Shown here one piece after another: positions 1 to 11,786 of a stretch of 64,000 bases of DNA. Every line of letters begins with the position of its first letter. The stretch's first letter is position 1. The notes under the pieces are model-generated. The model did no database searches. It was not told the DNA's origin and saw nothing but the letters and a program-made list of their open reading frames with translations. Both the position numbers and the translations under genes were made by a program. Source of the stretch: Phoronis australis (Eukaryota; Animalia; Phoronida); contig NMRA01000275.1 of the NCBI GenBank assembly GCA_002633005.1, positions 395,827-459,826 on the forward strand. The letters run 5' to 3'.

Positions 1-130
1 TAGGGATCTTTTCATGCACCGTCTCTAATTTAAGGACTAAGTCCCTTACTGTTATGACTGAATTAAGAACTAAAGATCATATGCTCGTGAGTCATAATCA
101 GATTTCAGAGAATTGTTTTGCACAACTTAC

Positions 131-680
131 ACAATCTATAATTCTAACAATCAGCGCCATATAAGACTCTGTTTTGAACTCTGCAATTCTAGTGAAAACC
201 ACGAACTTAACATCCTCCCTTTTCTGAAAGTTCTTACTCATCATGCAATGTTTATTTCTAAATTTAAGTTCTCCAGTCAGTCTTCAGCTACCTTACATGT
301 CATCCAGTGGTGTCCAGTTTACTCAATACAAAACAGATGTCTTTAGTTTGTCATAAGACACAACTTCCAGCATAGTAACAAATTAGTGTAAACAGTTCAG
401 TTAAGGGGAATTGTCAGAATTATATAATCAAAACAAGCACAAGCTCCTAAGGGATCTTCTAGTTAACAGTAGTAAATAGCTTCTAAGGGTCATCCAGTCA
501 ACTCTGGGTGGACTATGAGAGTGACAAAAACAATGAGTGATTGGTGTTATTCTGACCAATTTCCTCAATGTGTATATCTCACAGGTGGTCACAAATGCAA
601 TCGTACAATCTATAATTCTAGCTATCAGAGCCATAAAAGGTTGTGTTTTGAACTCAGCAATTCTAGTGAAAACCACGAAC
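131..680. repeat. Imperfect direct repeat of about 75 bp (131-206 and 605-680)
   Basis: ACAATCTATAATTCTA..GTTTTGAACTC.GCAATTCTAGTGAAAACCACGAAC occurs twice. Confidence 0.75.
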
Positions 681-1229
681 ATGGCACATTGCTTGTATTC
701 AACTCAATTACTCAAATCCAATGCCTGGCAATGGGCCCTCATTTTTGAGAAATTTTGCATTAACAACGAGCCCCTTATTCAAAATATGGATCTGATCCAC
801 GAAATGAAGGACCACTACAATTGGAAAGTACCAAAAATGGAATAATCAACTGTAAATAAAGGTAAAAAAACAAAAACGCGCCTGTGTGTTGCATGCCATT
901 GTACATGTATGATGACCGACAGTCGGGATTCCGACAAGCACTTCAACTGTTAATTAGGACCTAAATGATTGCCAATTTACAAGAAATCGTGAGTTCAATA
1001 AAGCAAACATACCCTCAACAATCCTGTCATACGTTGACTTGGGTAATTGTATTGTAAATTTCTTCGTATCCTCTTCGTTACTCAGCGTCAGTGACGTGAA
1101 GCCTTCGCAGGACGCTAATTCTTGGAAATCTAAGTGAACATGCTCTCGAGGTTGTTTGCGAGCGCTCACGAGCGCTAACGTGAACACAGCTGTTCAGGAC
1201 GAGGGCGCTCAAATTGCTAGCGGGCGCTC

Positions 1230-1450
1230 ACTCTATTGAACACGCTTCTGGTCACAGCTGCCACTGGCACTGTTGGTTGCTGGTTGCACAATAAATGTGT
1301 TGAATTCTCCACTGGAGGTAAATGTCCTTTAAATTGCCATGTCTCTGGGTTCTTTGATGTGTTTCACACATGCTGCCACCATGTTATATTATGGATGGTT
1401 GTAGTAGACATTAGATAAACATAGATGAACTAAGAATGTGGTCGCGAAAA
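1230..1450 (-). mobile_element. Relic LTR/PBS/gag start of another Gypsy element
   Basis: An LTR-like TGTTAT edge at 1382 is followed on the minus strand by TGGTGGCAGC (tRNA-Leu AAG/TAG-type PBS) and a decayed M..(W..W) gag start. Boundaries are uncertain. Confidence 0.45.
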
Positions 1451-2099
1451 TCGTTAGAGCCACGTGGAGAACTCGATCATAAGTTGCGTTGACAAACTTT
1501 ATTTGTTTCTTTCTTATAGTTACTCGGTTCAACTGTAACATACAAAAAAAACGTTCTATGAGACAATTGAACAATACGTTGGTCGTTTACAAAGTTACAA
1601 TACTAATATTAAACATTGCATATATTCTTATTCGGACAACGTCAAACTACTTCAGGCAACGCTAATTAAAGTTACAGAGTACGCGTTACAATTACGTTGA
1701 AGTACTGACTGTATACTGTAACAAAACTAAGTACAAAATACTTACACCAATTTGCGGCATATATCACGACTAAACTCAAAGCTCAAGATACATGTAAGGA
1801 CGTTGAAGCACGAATGAGCTAAGCTGGCGCGCGTTACAGCTATAAACTATGGTGCGCCGAGCAGTTTTTCATATGCAAAATTCTATTGAAGAATTAGTCA
1901 CGTGGAAAATATACGCGGTAGAAGCTGGAGAGCAAACACATAAACCANCCAACGGAATAAAGACTGTGAACAATGACAAGTGTCATGCATTTAACAAATT
2001 CTGTATAACCGAAAACTTGCTCCCGAAGTATAGTTAGAACTAAGAACAGTAGACATGTGGTTTATTCCAATATGGCTCAGACCGGAAGAGGGGAGAGAA

Positions 2100-3044
2100 G
2101 GAGCTCTCTAGTACAGGAAACATCAGGTTTGAATGTACAGGATATAACATTATAGTCCATAGACACTGGTAGAGTCCACAGAGAATAGTGCAATATTATG
2201 ACAGACGGGTCAGTTGTCTCTACAGCAGAAATCAGCTCATCATCAGTAGAGTCACTCTGATCATGACCCAGGACATATAAAGCTTGGTTTGAGGGCATTT
2301 CGACGAGCCTTTGAAGTGTTTTTTTTTTGCCACATGCCGCACATTTCTTCCCATATGCAGGGCACTCTTTTTTATGGGGTGCGATTTTAAACAGTAGTAG
2401 CACTCCTTGATGTGCTGTTTAGGCTTAGGAGGGGCGTCCTTGGGGCGTCCCTGTCATCTTTCAGCATGATTCACCTTGCGGTGACTTAGTTTATGGGCTT
2501 CGGTGGTGGTCTACATGGTCTTCGTGTGTTTCTTGGTTGCTTCGCAGGCCTTTGCGATTTCTGTCACACAGTCGTCCATCATTTTCTGTTGGGTGTCTTT
2601 GGTCCCTCACGCCACAAATTATACCATTTCGTAGTGCATTGTCAGCAGGTGTCATAATCGCATGTTCAAAAGTTGCTAGTTTTTGTTTAACACGCAGGTC
2701 TGCTAAGCACGCAGTCTCTTCTGGCTTCTGGTCACAACATAAAAATAAGAAGTGGGGTATGGCCTCATTTGTCTGACCTATGCATAGTCTCAAACGAGCC
2801 ATTGTCTCCTGTAAACTTTGGTTCCGGTAAGAACTCGGACGGTTTCAGTTTTCCTTCCTCCACGCCCGGATTCTCCACCATGGAAGGTTGTTCTGAGCAT
2901 ATCACTTAATCTTAATTATGTGATAACGATGGATTGATAAGATAAAGAAATGCATCTTTTGGTTTCCACTACAGATGTGCATTATGGCTGACCGCCAAAA
3001 TCCCAGAACTCTCTGCGTGACCAGGGGAGATAACACTCATAACA
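2100..3044 (-). mobile_element. Gypsy element E, 5'LTR plus degenerate gag
   Basis: LTR-like 2914-3044 (ends CATAACA) inserted at GPMPS of the H-type integrase. gag fragments ALRNGIICGVRD and zinc knuckle ECPAYGKKCAACGK. Confidence 0.7.
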
Positions 3045-3307
3045 CTAGGCATCGGACCCAAAATATCTATTGCTAAATATTTCCATGGGCCTGATGGCAG
3101 CTCAGTTCTTAGAACTAGTTTCCCAATGCAAGACAGCTCATCTTGTACCATTCGGAAAGAAGGGAGGCACTGTGACCAATTATCTGATCTAAGAGATTTA
3201 TTACATACTTTGGACAGTGCATGATCATTTGGCAGATGCTTTTTCTTTGTCTCGTGGAGTTATCGAATTTGGTACAGAATTAAAAGCAACGAAATATGCA
3301 TACTCCT
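3045..3307 (-). mobile_element. Detached integrase-proximal fragment, probably the continuation of element H
   Basis: Minus-strand translation EYAYFVAFNSVPNSITP..ASA..D..W..DELSCIGKLVLR|TELPSGPWKYLAIDILGPMPS. This segment follows DALSRL in this Gypsy clade, and H stops at DALSRLPVGGNGD at 17008. An internal deletion removes the HHCC finger. Confidence 0.65.
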
Positions 3308-6300
3308 TGTCATGTATGCATGTAAACGAGACGGAGTCACATGTTCAACTGCTATATTAAGATCAGAGCTAATGCATTACAGGAACAGTAACCGAGGTCA
3401 GGTGTCAACACAGGGTTACAACCTCCATATATGACATCCCCCTTTTAGGCAAACAAACTAGCAAAAATGCGAATGTCAAACTACTTAATACGCAAGAACA
3501 AACAACTAAACTACTAACACAATTGAAACGTTCGTTAAACAGAGAGTCCACTATCACTAATGTCTAACTTGTATAATCCTGAAACCACTTAGGCTTTCGT
3601 CGTTGTCATTGACTGCGACGCACGACCACGGCTGGAGAGCTGTGGTCCTTGCTCGCATTGGTCTGTGACTGGTTGTAGATCGGCGGCATCACATGGGACT
3701 CATCAGGTGATTTATTGATGACCCGCCGATTCCACTGGAGTGTCTCACCAGTCTCTGTAGTCACGAAGTACGACCGCGGGGCATTGTGTTTTCCAGTGAC
3801 GACAGCGTGCGCCCATGTTTTCCCTTCCTTAACGCGCACACTGTCACCGATGTTATGATCAGGAAGAGATTTTGCACTACGATTATAGAATCCGGCTTGC
3901 GCTTCTTGACGGTCACAGAGCGCTTGTCAGGCATTGTCGGGTACCGAAGGAGACAAAAGCTAAGATCTTGTGGGTATTTTGTCCCTCAGTCTCCGGCTCA
4001 TTAACAACTGAGCTGGCTAATAACGCAAACTGGTGACCGGTGTGTTACGGTACTCCAGGATGGCAATATTCGGATCCCGGTCTTCATGATTCGCCTTCCT
4101 GAGTAACACTTTGATTGTGCCAACAAACTTCTCACTCTGTCCGTTGGATTGCGGGTATCTAGGACTGCTATTTGTGATCTGAAAATTCTACTCGCAAGTA
4201 AACGATTGCATTGCGTAACTCACGAAAGGCATGTTGTCACACACTAGTATGACCGGAATGCCATATCTGGAAAAAATACTTTTCATGGCCTTGATGACAC
4301 TGTGTGCCGTTTTACCGTGCAGGCGCGCAACTTCAGGATATTTGGAGTCATAGTCAACAACGACCAATCATTTCCTCCAAAATCAAAGATATTCGCACCA
4401 ATTTTCGATCATGGCCGGACAGGTGCACTTGTGGTATGAGCGGGTCCTTGAGGTTGCTGCGCTTAAAAGTGGCACACGTAGCACAGCTGTTAATCATGTC
4501 CTCTATATCCTTATTCATATTGGGCCAATATAGACTGTCACGTGTGCGGGACTTGCACTTGTCTATCATGGCGCTCAGCTGGAGGAACGATTAATTTGCT
4601 TCCCACGAAGAATATACCATCTTCTTCGTGAATTTCATCTTGCATGGGCCAATAAGGCTGTAAATCAATCGGTACATCTCCTCTATGTGCTGGCCGTCTC
4701 CTTTGTATAAATTGATGCTACTTTGCAAACGTGCCGTCACGCGCTGATGCTTCGCGTAGACATTGCAGTTTTGCAGGCAATGCAGGTAACGATGACGTAA
4801 CCGTATGAACATGTAAAACGTCAAACCCACCGTCCGCACCAGCACTATCAAGGTATGCGCGAGACAAAGTGTCCGCTATGTACATTTTAGATCCCTGTAC
4901 ATACTTCACCTTCAGCTGATACCTCAGTAATCGCAAAAGCATGAGTTGTAGACGGTTTAAGGGTTTAAGCAGTGATTTCTGGAAAATTGCTTCCAGAGGC
5001 TTGTGATCGCTCTCTACCTCCACTTCATGTCCGTAAATAAATTGATGAAATTGTTCTGCTGCAAACACAATTGCCAGCATTTCTCGCTCAATTTGCACGT
5101 ATCGCGTCTCCGTGTCCGTCAAAGCGCGTGACGCAAACGCAACTGGTTGCCGATTTTGCAAGAGGCACGCACCTAGTCCGTTCGACGACGAATCGGCATG
5201 CAACGTGACCAGTAGTTTGGGTCCAACAAACGAAGAGTCGGACTGTCACTGATTACAGGCTTAACGTGCTTCATGGCTTCATCATGTTCAGGAAGCCATT
5301 CCCGCGGGACGTCTTTTTTCAGTAAACTCCGTAACGGGCTGGTCAGAGACGACATATTTGGCATGAACGGTGCAAGGAAATTAGCATTCCGAGCAATCTT
5401 TGAACTCCGGATTGATCCACCGAATTTGGCATAGCCACGATAGCTTTAATTTTTCTATCGTCTGGACGTATACCATCTAGTCCGACACAGCGACCCATAT
5501 ATGACACTTCCGTCAATTTGAATGGAATTTTTCGCCTGTTGAACTTCACGTTTTCTTGACGACCGCATTCCATCACTCTTCATAATATGTCATCATGTTG
5601 CTGTTCGGAATCCGCAGCAATTAACATATCGTCCGAGATGACATGAACACCCTCAATGTCACCAAACGTCTTGTACGCTCGTTTCCGCAAAATCTCACTG
5701 GCACTGGTTATTCCAAATGGCATCCGCAAAAACCGGAAACGACCGAAAGGTGTATTAAACGTACACAAATACGAGCTCAGCTCTGATCGAGCACCACTTG
5801 CCAATCACTATCTTTCTGGTCAAGTATCGTGAAAAATTTCTTGCCGCCGAGTTGCGTAATTATGTCAGCGAAAGTCGGAATCTGAAATTGCTCCCTCGTT
5901 ATGTATTTGTTTAGGTCTTTGGGATCTACACAGACTCATAACGATCCATCCTTTTTCTTAGCAATGACCAAACTACTCACCCAGTCGGTGGGTGCATCCA
6001 CTGGCGTTATAATTCCTTGATTTTGCATATCCAGCAGTTTTTGCTTCAGTGGTGTCAACAGAGTGGGAGCGATGCGGCATGGATGTTGGACCACCGGCTC
6101 CACATCCTTGAGCTGAATTTTGTATTCGTCTGCATATTCTCTTAGTCCATTAAAATTGTCCGCAAACTCTGATATTAGTTTCTCTGCGTCCAACTCAATC
6201 TGGTTTCCGTTATGTCCAGGCTTAATGACTCCAAGCTTAAGGCATGCGCTCAGCCCTAGGATAGGAACTGTTTTCCCTGTTGTAACATAAACATCAGTGG

Positions 6301-6574
6301 CGTGACTGTTTTGGCCAATCGACAATTTCACAGCAGCTTTCCCTGCCTGGTCAACAACGTTGTCATTGTATGCCCGAAGAACTGCAGACAATTGCATAAT
6401 ATTCGGCCCGTTGGTAATCTTTCTCCACGTACGTAGTGGTATGGTGTTCGCCTCAGCTCCGGTGTCTACTTTCATTTTGATCAAAGAACCATGCACATAC
6501 CGAGACTGGAACCAACCATGACGCCACATCCTTATTATCTCGCAGGTATGTGTCAACCTGGAGACACATGACAC
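3308..6574 (-). mobile_element. Gypsy element C, pol plus 3'LTR
   Basis: 3'LTR 3308-3436 (TGTCAT...ATGACA) with PPT AAAAGGGGGGA. Protease (MKVDTGAEAN), RT (FNTPFGRFRFLRMPFG, ISDD), RNase H (ADSSSNGLGACLLQ), integrase (YWPNMNKDI..CATC) and PRSY C-terminus. Confidence 0.9.
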
Positions 6575-9500
6575 TGTTGTGTATGTAATACAAGAGATCG
6601 TTCGTAGAACATATGTTTATTGCATCGCTAACACCAAACTACTGCAACACACGTGTACAGGCTAATAGTATATAAAATGTCAAATAGTCGCCAGGTGGCG
6701 TTGTAACTGCTCTAATGTAAACATAACATAACATCCCTCCACCCTGGGATTGAACATAATAAGGCTACTGGAAATACACGAAAATAACACTGGCTGATAT
6801 CCAACTAACTACGTTATAGTAGTGAAGTGTCCATTGATGCAAAAGTTCGATAAAATAGTTCACAACGTAAGCCTTTGCGGCTGAATCGAACGTCGTCCAG
6901 AGCGGGTAACAACACAGTCCTTTCTGGCGGTCCCCGGCAACATTAAACTCTATAGGTTTTTCCGGAACCGTCGGAGGTGTAACGTCCGTGCCACTTTTCT
7001 TCATTCGAACGTCATTTGGGGTTGTAACGAATTCGTTAATATGCGTCGTTGGCAACTTCGGTTGCCGAATCGGCACTTCGCCTGGTTGCTTTTGACTAAC
7101 GATCGCATTTTCGTCCGGTATGCAACGTGACACATGGTGTGCGGGGCGTTGCCATTCGCGACCGTCATGTAGTTGAATCGTGTAAGACTCCGGTCATTGT
7201 TGGACGATAATTACATCAGGCTGTCATCGCGGTAGCCCGCCAAAATTTATTGCATAAACAGTGTCTCCGGTGAAAAATTCTCATGTTCTAGTGCGTTTGT
7301 CGACAGTCGCTAATTAGTCTAGACGCATTTCCTGAAAAGAGCCCTGTATAAGGTTCTAGAAGCATTTTTTAGTAAAAGTCGGGAACAAGACTTTTTCACA
7401 CAATCAAGGCATGGCGAATTCAACTAACCCTGTTCCCAAGCCGAATTTTGCATTTTTGACCGTCTAATTAGCATAAACAAAATGGCGGCCAAATTGTCAA
7501 GTTCAGATGTATTTTTGTAATAGAAATCACAACATACCATTTAAAATGGTGAAATGTCTCACCTGTACAATTCTTATAAATACTTCTCGAGCAACAGATC
7601 ACTTAGGAAAACTAAAAAATGCAGCTCTAAAACTAATTATGCAAATTAGGTGCCGCCATTACCATACAATGTAATTTGCGTCTTAAGTTGGTGCTCCTGC
7701 AGGCTAACTTGAAAAATGAGGTGTTAATACTTATATTTTCATGGTCAGCAAACATGCTAAATACATTTTTGGAGCAATTTATTTCATATTTATTGGGTTA
7801 TAGATTGTATACTTACAGAATGTGGAAAAAATAGTCGTTAATCTGCAATGCTCGTTAAGCAAGGTGACACTATTTTGACGGAATATAAGGACAAATGTTC
7901 ACACTATCCCGTTATCTTCCATTCATAAAAAACAATTTAGTTATTGTTATTGAAGACATTAGATTCTTTGTTGCATGAATTGTTTTCAGGCCTGTTGAAC
8001 ACAGTTTTAGCATTCACTTTTTGGTACTTTTTAACATGCCTGAAGAAAGGCATATCAAACTGTTTGCATACAAGGATTCTGATCATGAATGAGCTGCTGG
8101 CATGTGCATAATGATATGCATCGAAATCCAGATTTCTTGCATCTGCATAGTCTACTGTTGCGTTGTTTCTGGGATGCACACAATACCATCTCTAGGCAGC
8201 CATCTGGGATTTTACTCTGTGTCATCAGCATGGGATGCAAGCATAAGTTTGTGTGTCCCTCCCATATCAGAGGATGCTGGGAGCTCAGGTATGGAACAAT
8301 GATCATTTTGCCATACCTTGACTTGATAGTGCACTATCATCAGATGGAAACGGCGGGCATTATGCGTTGGGGGAAGGACTTCTGAGTTCACTGGCTTGGA
8401 GAATAGTAAATGGCGTGCTACATCTACAGGTCTGCTCTGGTCGTGTTGTATATTCTGCAGACAAATACTTCTGAAGCCATCGTAATTTTCTTAGTGAGTT
8501 CACCAATGCATAGGTTCTTAAGCAATCTGTGATGCTCTAGGAACACCTACCATGATGATTGTTTCATGTGATTGGCAAAGTACGAGTTGGTGCCAAACCC
8601 GGTCACGGCGTGAAAAGCAAACAAGGATGTTGCTGAGTCTCGTAGTAGTTTGTTGAAAAGTGCTTCAATAGGTATATATGACTTCAGTCAGATAGGCTCA
8701 CATTGCATTTGTTGGAAGTGCGATACCAGAAGCAGTAGAACATTGGGTGTCCCTGGAAAACACGACTGACTGTGGACAGCATGCAGTACCAGTCTTGCAT
8801 CTGCTTCTTCATGTGTGAATTTCAGAGTCCTCAAATCAGTCATATCCTTAGATGATTTAATTGACTTCCAGCTCACCTTTGAACCTCCTGCAATCATAAC
8901 CTCTTTATCTTCAGGTGTCTACAAACACAGTTCCTCTGACAAGAAATGTGCTAGGTCTGCTTTTTTCTCAGCCAGTGTCCGAAAATTTGACCAGTTTTGC
9001 GGAAGAGGTACATCACGGTCTTCCAAAAATCACCTGAATTGCCGTGTTCCTTTACTGCGCTGTTTTCTTGTTGTGTCCTTCATTGTTTCTTGTCTGTATC
9101 TGTCAAATACAATATCAATTTTATGATATCGAAATCCTGTGTTTAGCACTTTTCATGAATGAATCAGCCAGATTTTCGAAGATCACATCATCATCAGGCT
9201 TCCCAAGAGTTACCAGCAATGCTTCGATATCAATAATGAGGCAAGCGGATGTGTCATGAAGCTGAATTGCTTCAGGACAGTCGATGTGATAGCTATTAAT
9301 ACTTCGACAAGTGAAGATTTATATCCAGTGCGCAATGTGCCACTCGTTTCTGCAAGACAACATGGACTGGAAGAAGCTCGCGTTTGAGCACAGACGGCAA
9401 ATCAACTGGCCGACCCGCCTCATAAGCCGTAGCTAGACAGCCAAGTACATCCCTGTCTGCCTTAAGAACTATTTTCTTATCTTTATCTTTATCTTTGGTT

Positions 9501-11786
9501 TGTTTCACCACATCATATAAGTTGGCAAATGTTGGGGCATTATTTTTGCGCATAGGTGCATGAATTGACATGTCTGAATTATCGCATTGCTCAATGATAA
9601 TCTGTCTTGAACAAATTTCTTAATTTGTTCGTGTCCAGGTTGCTTGGTATGCAAAAGTGACTCTTGGATTGATGCTGTTGCTAGGTCTTTTGTTGCAAGG
9701 GTTTGTAGCGCTAAGGCCTTGCGGACGAGAAGACCTTCAATCCATGGAAAGTGTAAAGAAGGGAACTCTCGACACTTTCCTGGCTTTCTTGGCTTCGTTG
9801 TGAAACAATGTACTCCCACAGCGGTAAGTTTGTTCAGCTATATGATATCTCAGATGCAATGAGAGTGTCCACCTCCATAGAGCTGACGTGGTATTGGTAT
9901 TACCGATGATGCCACCTCCATTTTGCCTGCCCCTTTTACACATTGGTCAGAATCTACCTGACAGAGCGTATGAGGAGATCGCTTGACTACAAACTTTCCT
10001 GCTTGAACCTCTGACCAAACAGACTGTGGAAGCTGATGCATCTCGACTAAAAAGACCGCACCCTACTCGGGCATAATTCGGTGGGGCAGAATGAGAGTAA
10101 ATGAATAGAGATGCAGTTCCAAAATACCATTCCGTTGAGAGCATGTGTACTTTAACAATATTGGAAGCATGTCCATGTAACTCTACCAGAAGCTGAAATT
10201 CACATCATCAGACCTACTGTTGACAAAATGCCCAGGAGTTTCCTGAACTTATCCTGACTGAGAAATGTTATCAGTTCTGGAATTTTCTGTGGATCATCAT
10301 CTGCAGACATACTGGAAAAACAAGCATGACAGTCGCTTCTGCAATGAACGAGAGAAGGCTTGGCACCAGGAGATGCCACAGAGCTTGCAAAGACAGTTTG
10401 TGTGCCCTTATACTGTAGCTTTTCTGTTCGACTTTCCACTGAGGACCACCAGTTCCATAGGTCGTGACCAAGTACTGCACTCTCTATACACACCTCATCT
10501 ATTCCGGAATCACTCATGTGATCTTCTGTGGCCTTGTTGAAGTTCACTGATACATGAAGAACCACTAAATGAGGTACTGCATTAACATATTTTGGTATTC
10601 TGGGACCGACCACGTAAGCTCCATTAATCTGCAGCAGAGTGCTTGGTCGACTGTGAGGACGGTATGTTCCTGTCCAAAATGATACGGCCATGCATCTCTT
10701 TACAACAGTATTTAAAGTCAAGTTGTTATGTTTACAATACTTTTATGTCTTATCTAAATAATGAGATGTTCGCAAAAAAGCATTGATAATTATGATTTCT
10801 AATTTAATTTTCAGGCTTTATTTATGAGCATAAATTGTAACTTAGTGAAGATGAAATAAAAAGCTTCACATGTGTCATAATGATTTTTCTAGACCTTCAA
10901 AACATAGGTATAGACACTTTATTTGTCATGTTTGCCTGCAAATTGATAAAGTTACACCGATATTTGAATTTTTCGGTAATGGCGGAAGCTAATTAGCATA
11001 CTTGGGAAATTTAATGACGTTCATTAATATGTTCTCAAAATTAAGTGATCTTAACACACTTATACTATGTTTTTGTAGCATAAATTTCCTAATTATTCAT
11101 CACATATTGTACTCCTGGTCCCACGAATGTTTCTTATCTTGTTAGTTTGGCGGCCATTTTGTTTATGCAAATTGGATGGTCAAAAACTCAAAATCCAGCT
11201 TGGGAACAGGCATAATCGAAATCAGTACACTATAATTATGCTAAAAAGATAGGTTCTCCACTTTTACTAAAAAATGCCTCTAACATGCACATTTTCCAGA
11301 AATGCGTCTAGACTAAATTGTTTATCGAGAAATTTCTGACGCACATCTGGCACAAGCAAATCCAAAAGCGAATGTGGTTTCCTGGACATTAGTATCTTAG
11401 TCGGTGAACGTCCAGTAGTCGAGTGTGGTGTAATCCGATATCTGGCTAAATAGTTATACAGTCGTGTGTCCAAATCGCCACTCAGTTTCTTGATGCCCTG
11501 CTTGATTGTTTGTAAAGCCCGTTCGGCTGCGCCATTACTGGCTGGGTGATACGGAGTGCTGCAAATGTGTTTGTTGCCATTGTTTTTACAAAACATGGTA
11601 AAATCCGCACTGGTGAAATCTGAGGCGCGTTATCCGACACAGTAACAACGGGTAGTCCGTGTGTTGTAAAACACTGACGTAGTCGTTTAACAGTAGCCTC
11701 GGTCGATGTGCTATCGGTAATATAAGTGTCCACATATTTGCTGTGAGCATCCGCTATTACCAGAATGTATTTACCTTGTATTGGTC
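6575..11786 (-). mobile_element. Gypsy element D, integrase plus 3'LTR, interrupted by an Academ element
   Basis: 3'LTR 6575-6733 (TGTTG...TAACA) with an adjacent purine tract (GGAGGGA). Integrase 11319-11786 (GKYILVIADAHSK, STPYHPASNGAAER) rejoins in frame (LDKQ|LATVDKR) across the Academ TSD. Confidence 0.85.
7315..11315 (-). mobile_element. Academ (AcademX-type) DNA transposon, degenerate
   Basis: TIRs start TAGTCTAGACGCATTT and extend imperfectly for about 180 bp. 3-bp TSD AAT at 7312-7314 and 11316-11318. Minus-strand fragments include XPG/PIN-like motifs (HEEADARLVLHA; AFHAVTG) and a C-terminal Cys-rich finger (LCRCKKSGFRCISLCTC), the AcademX architecture. Confidence 0.85.
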
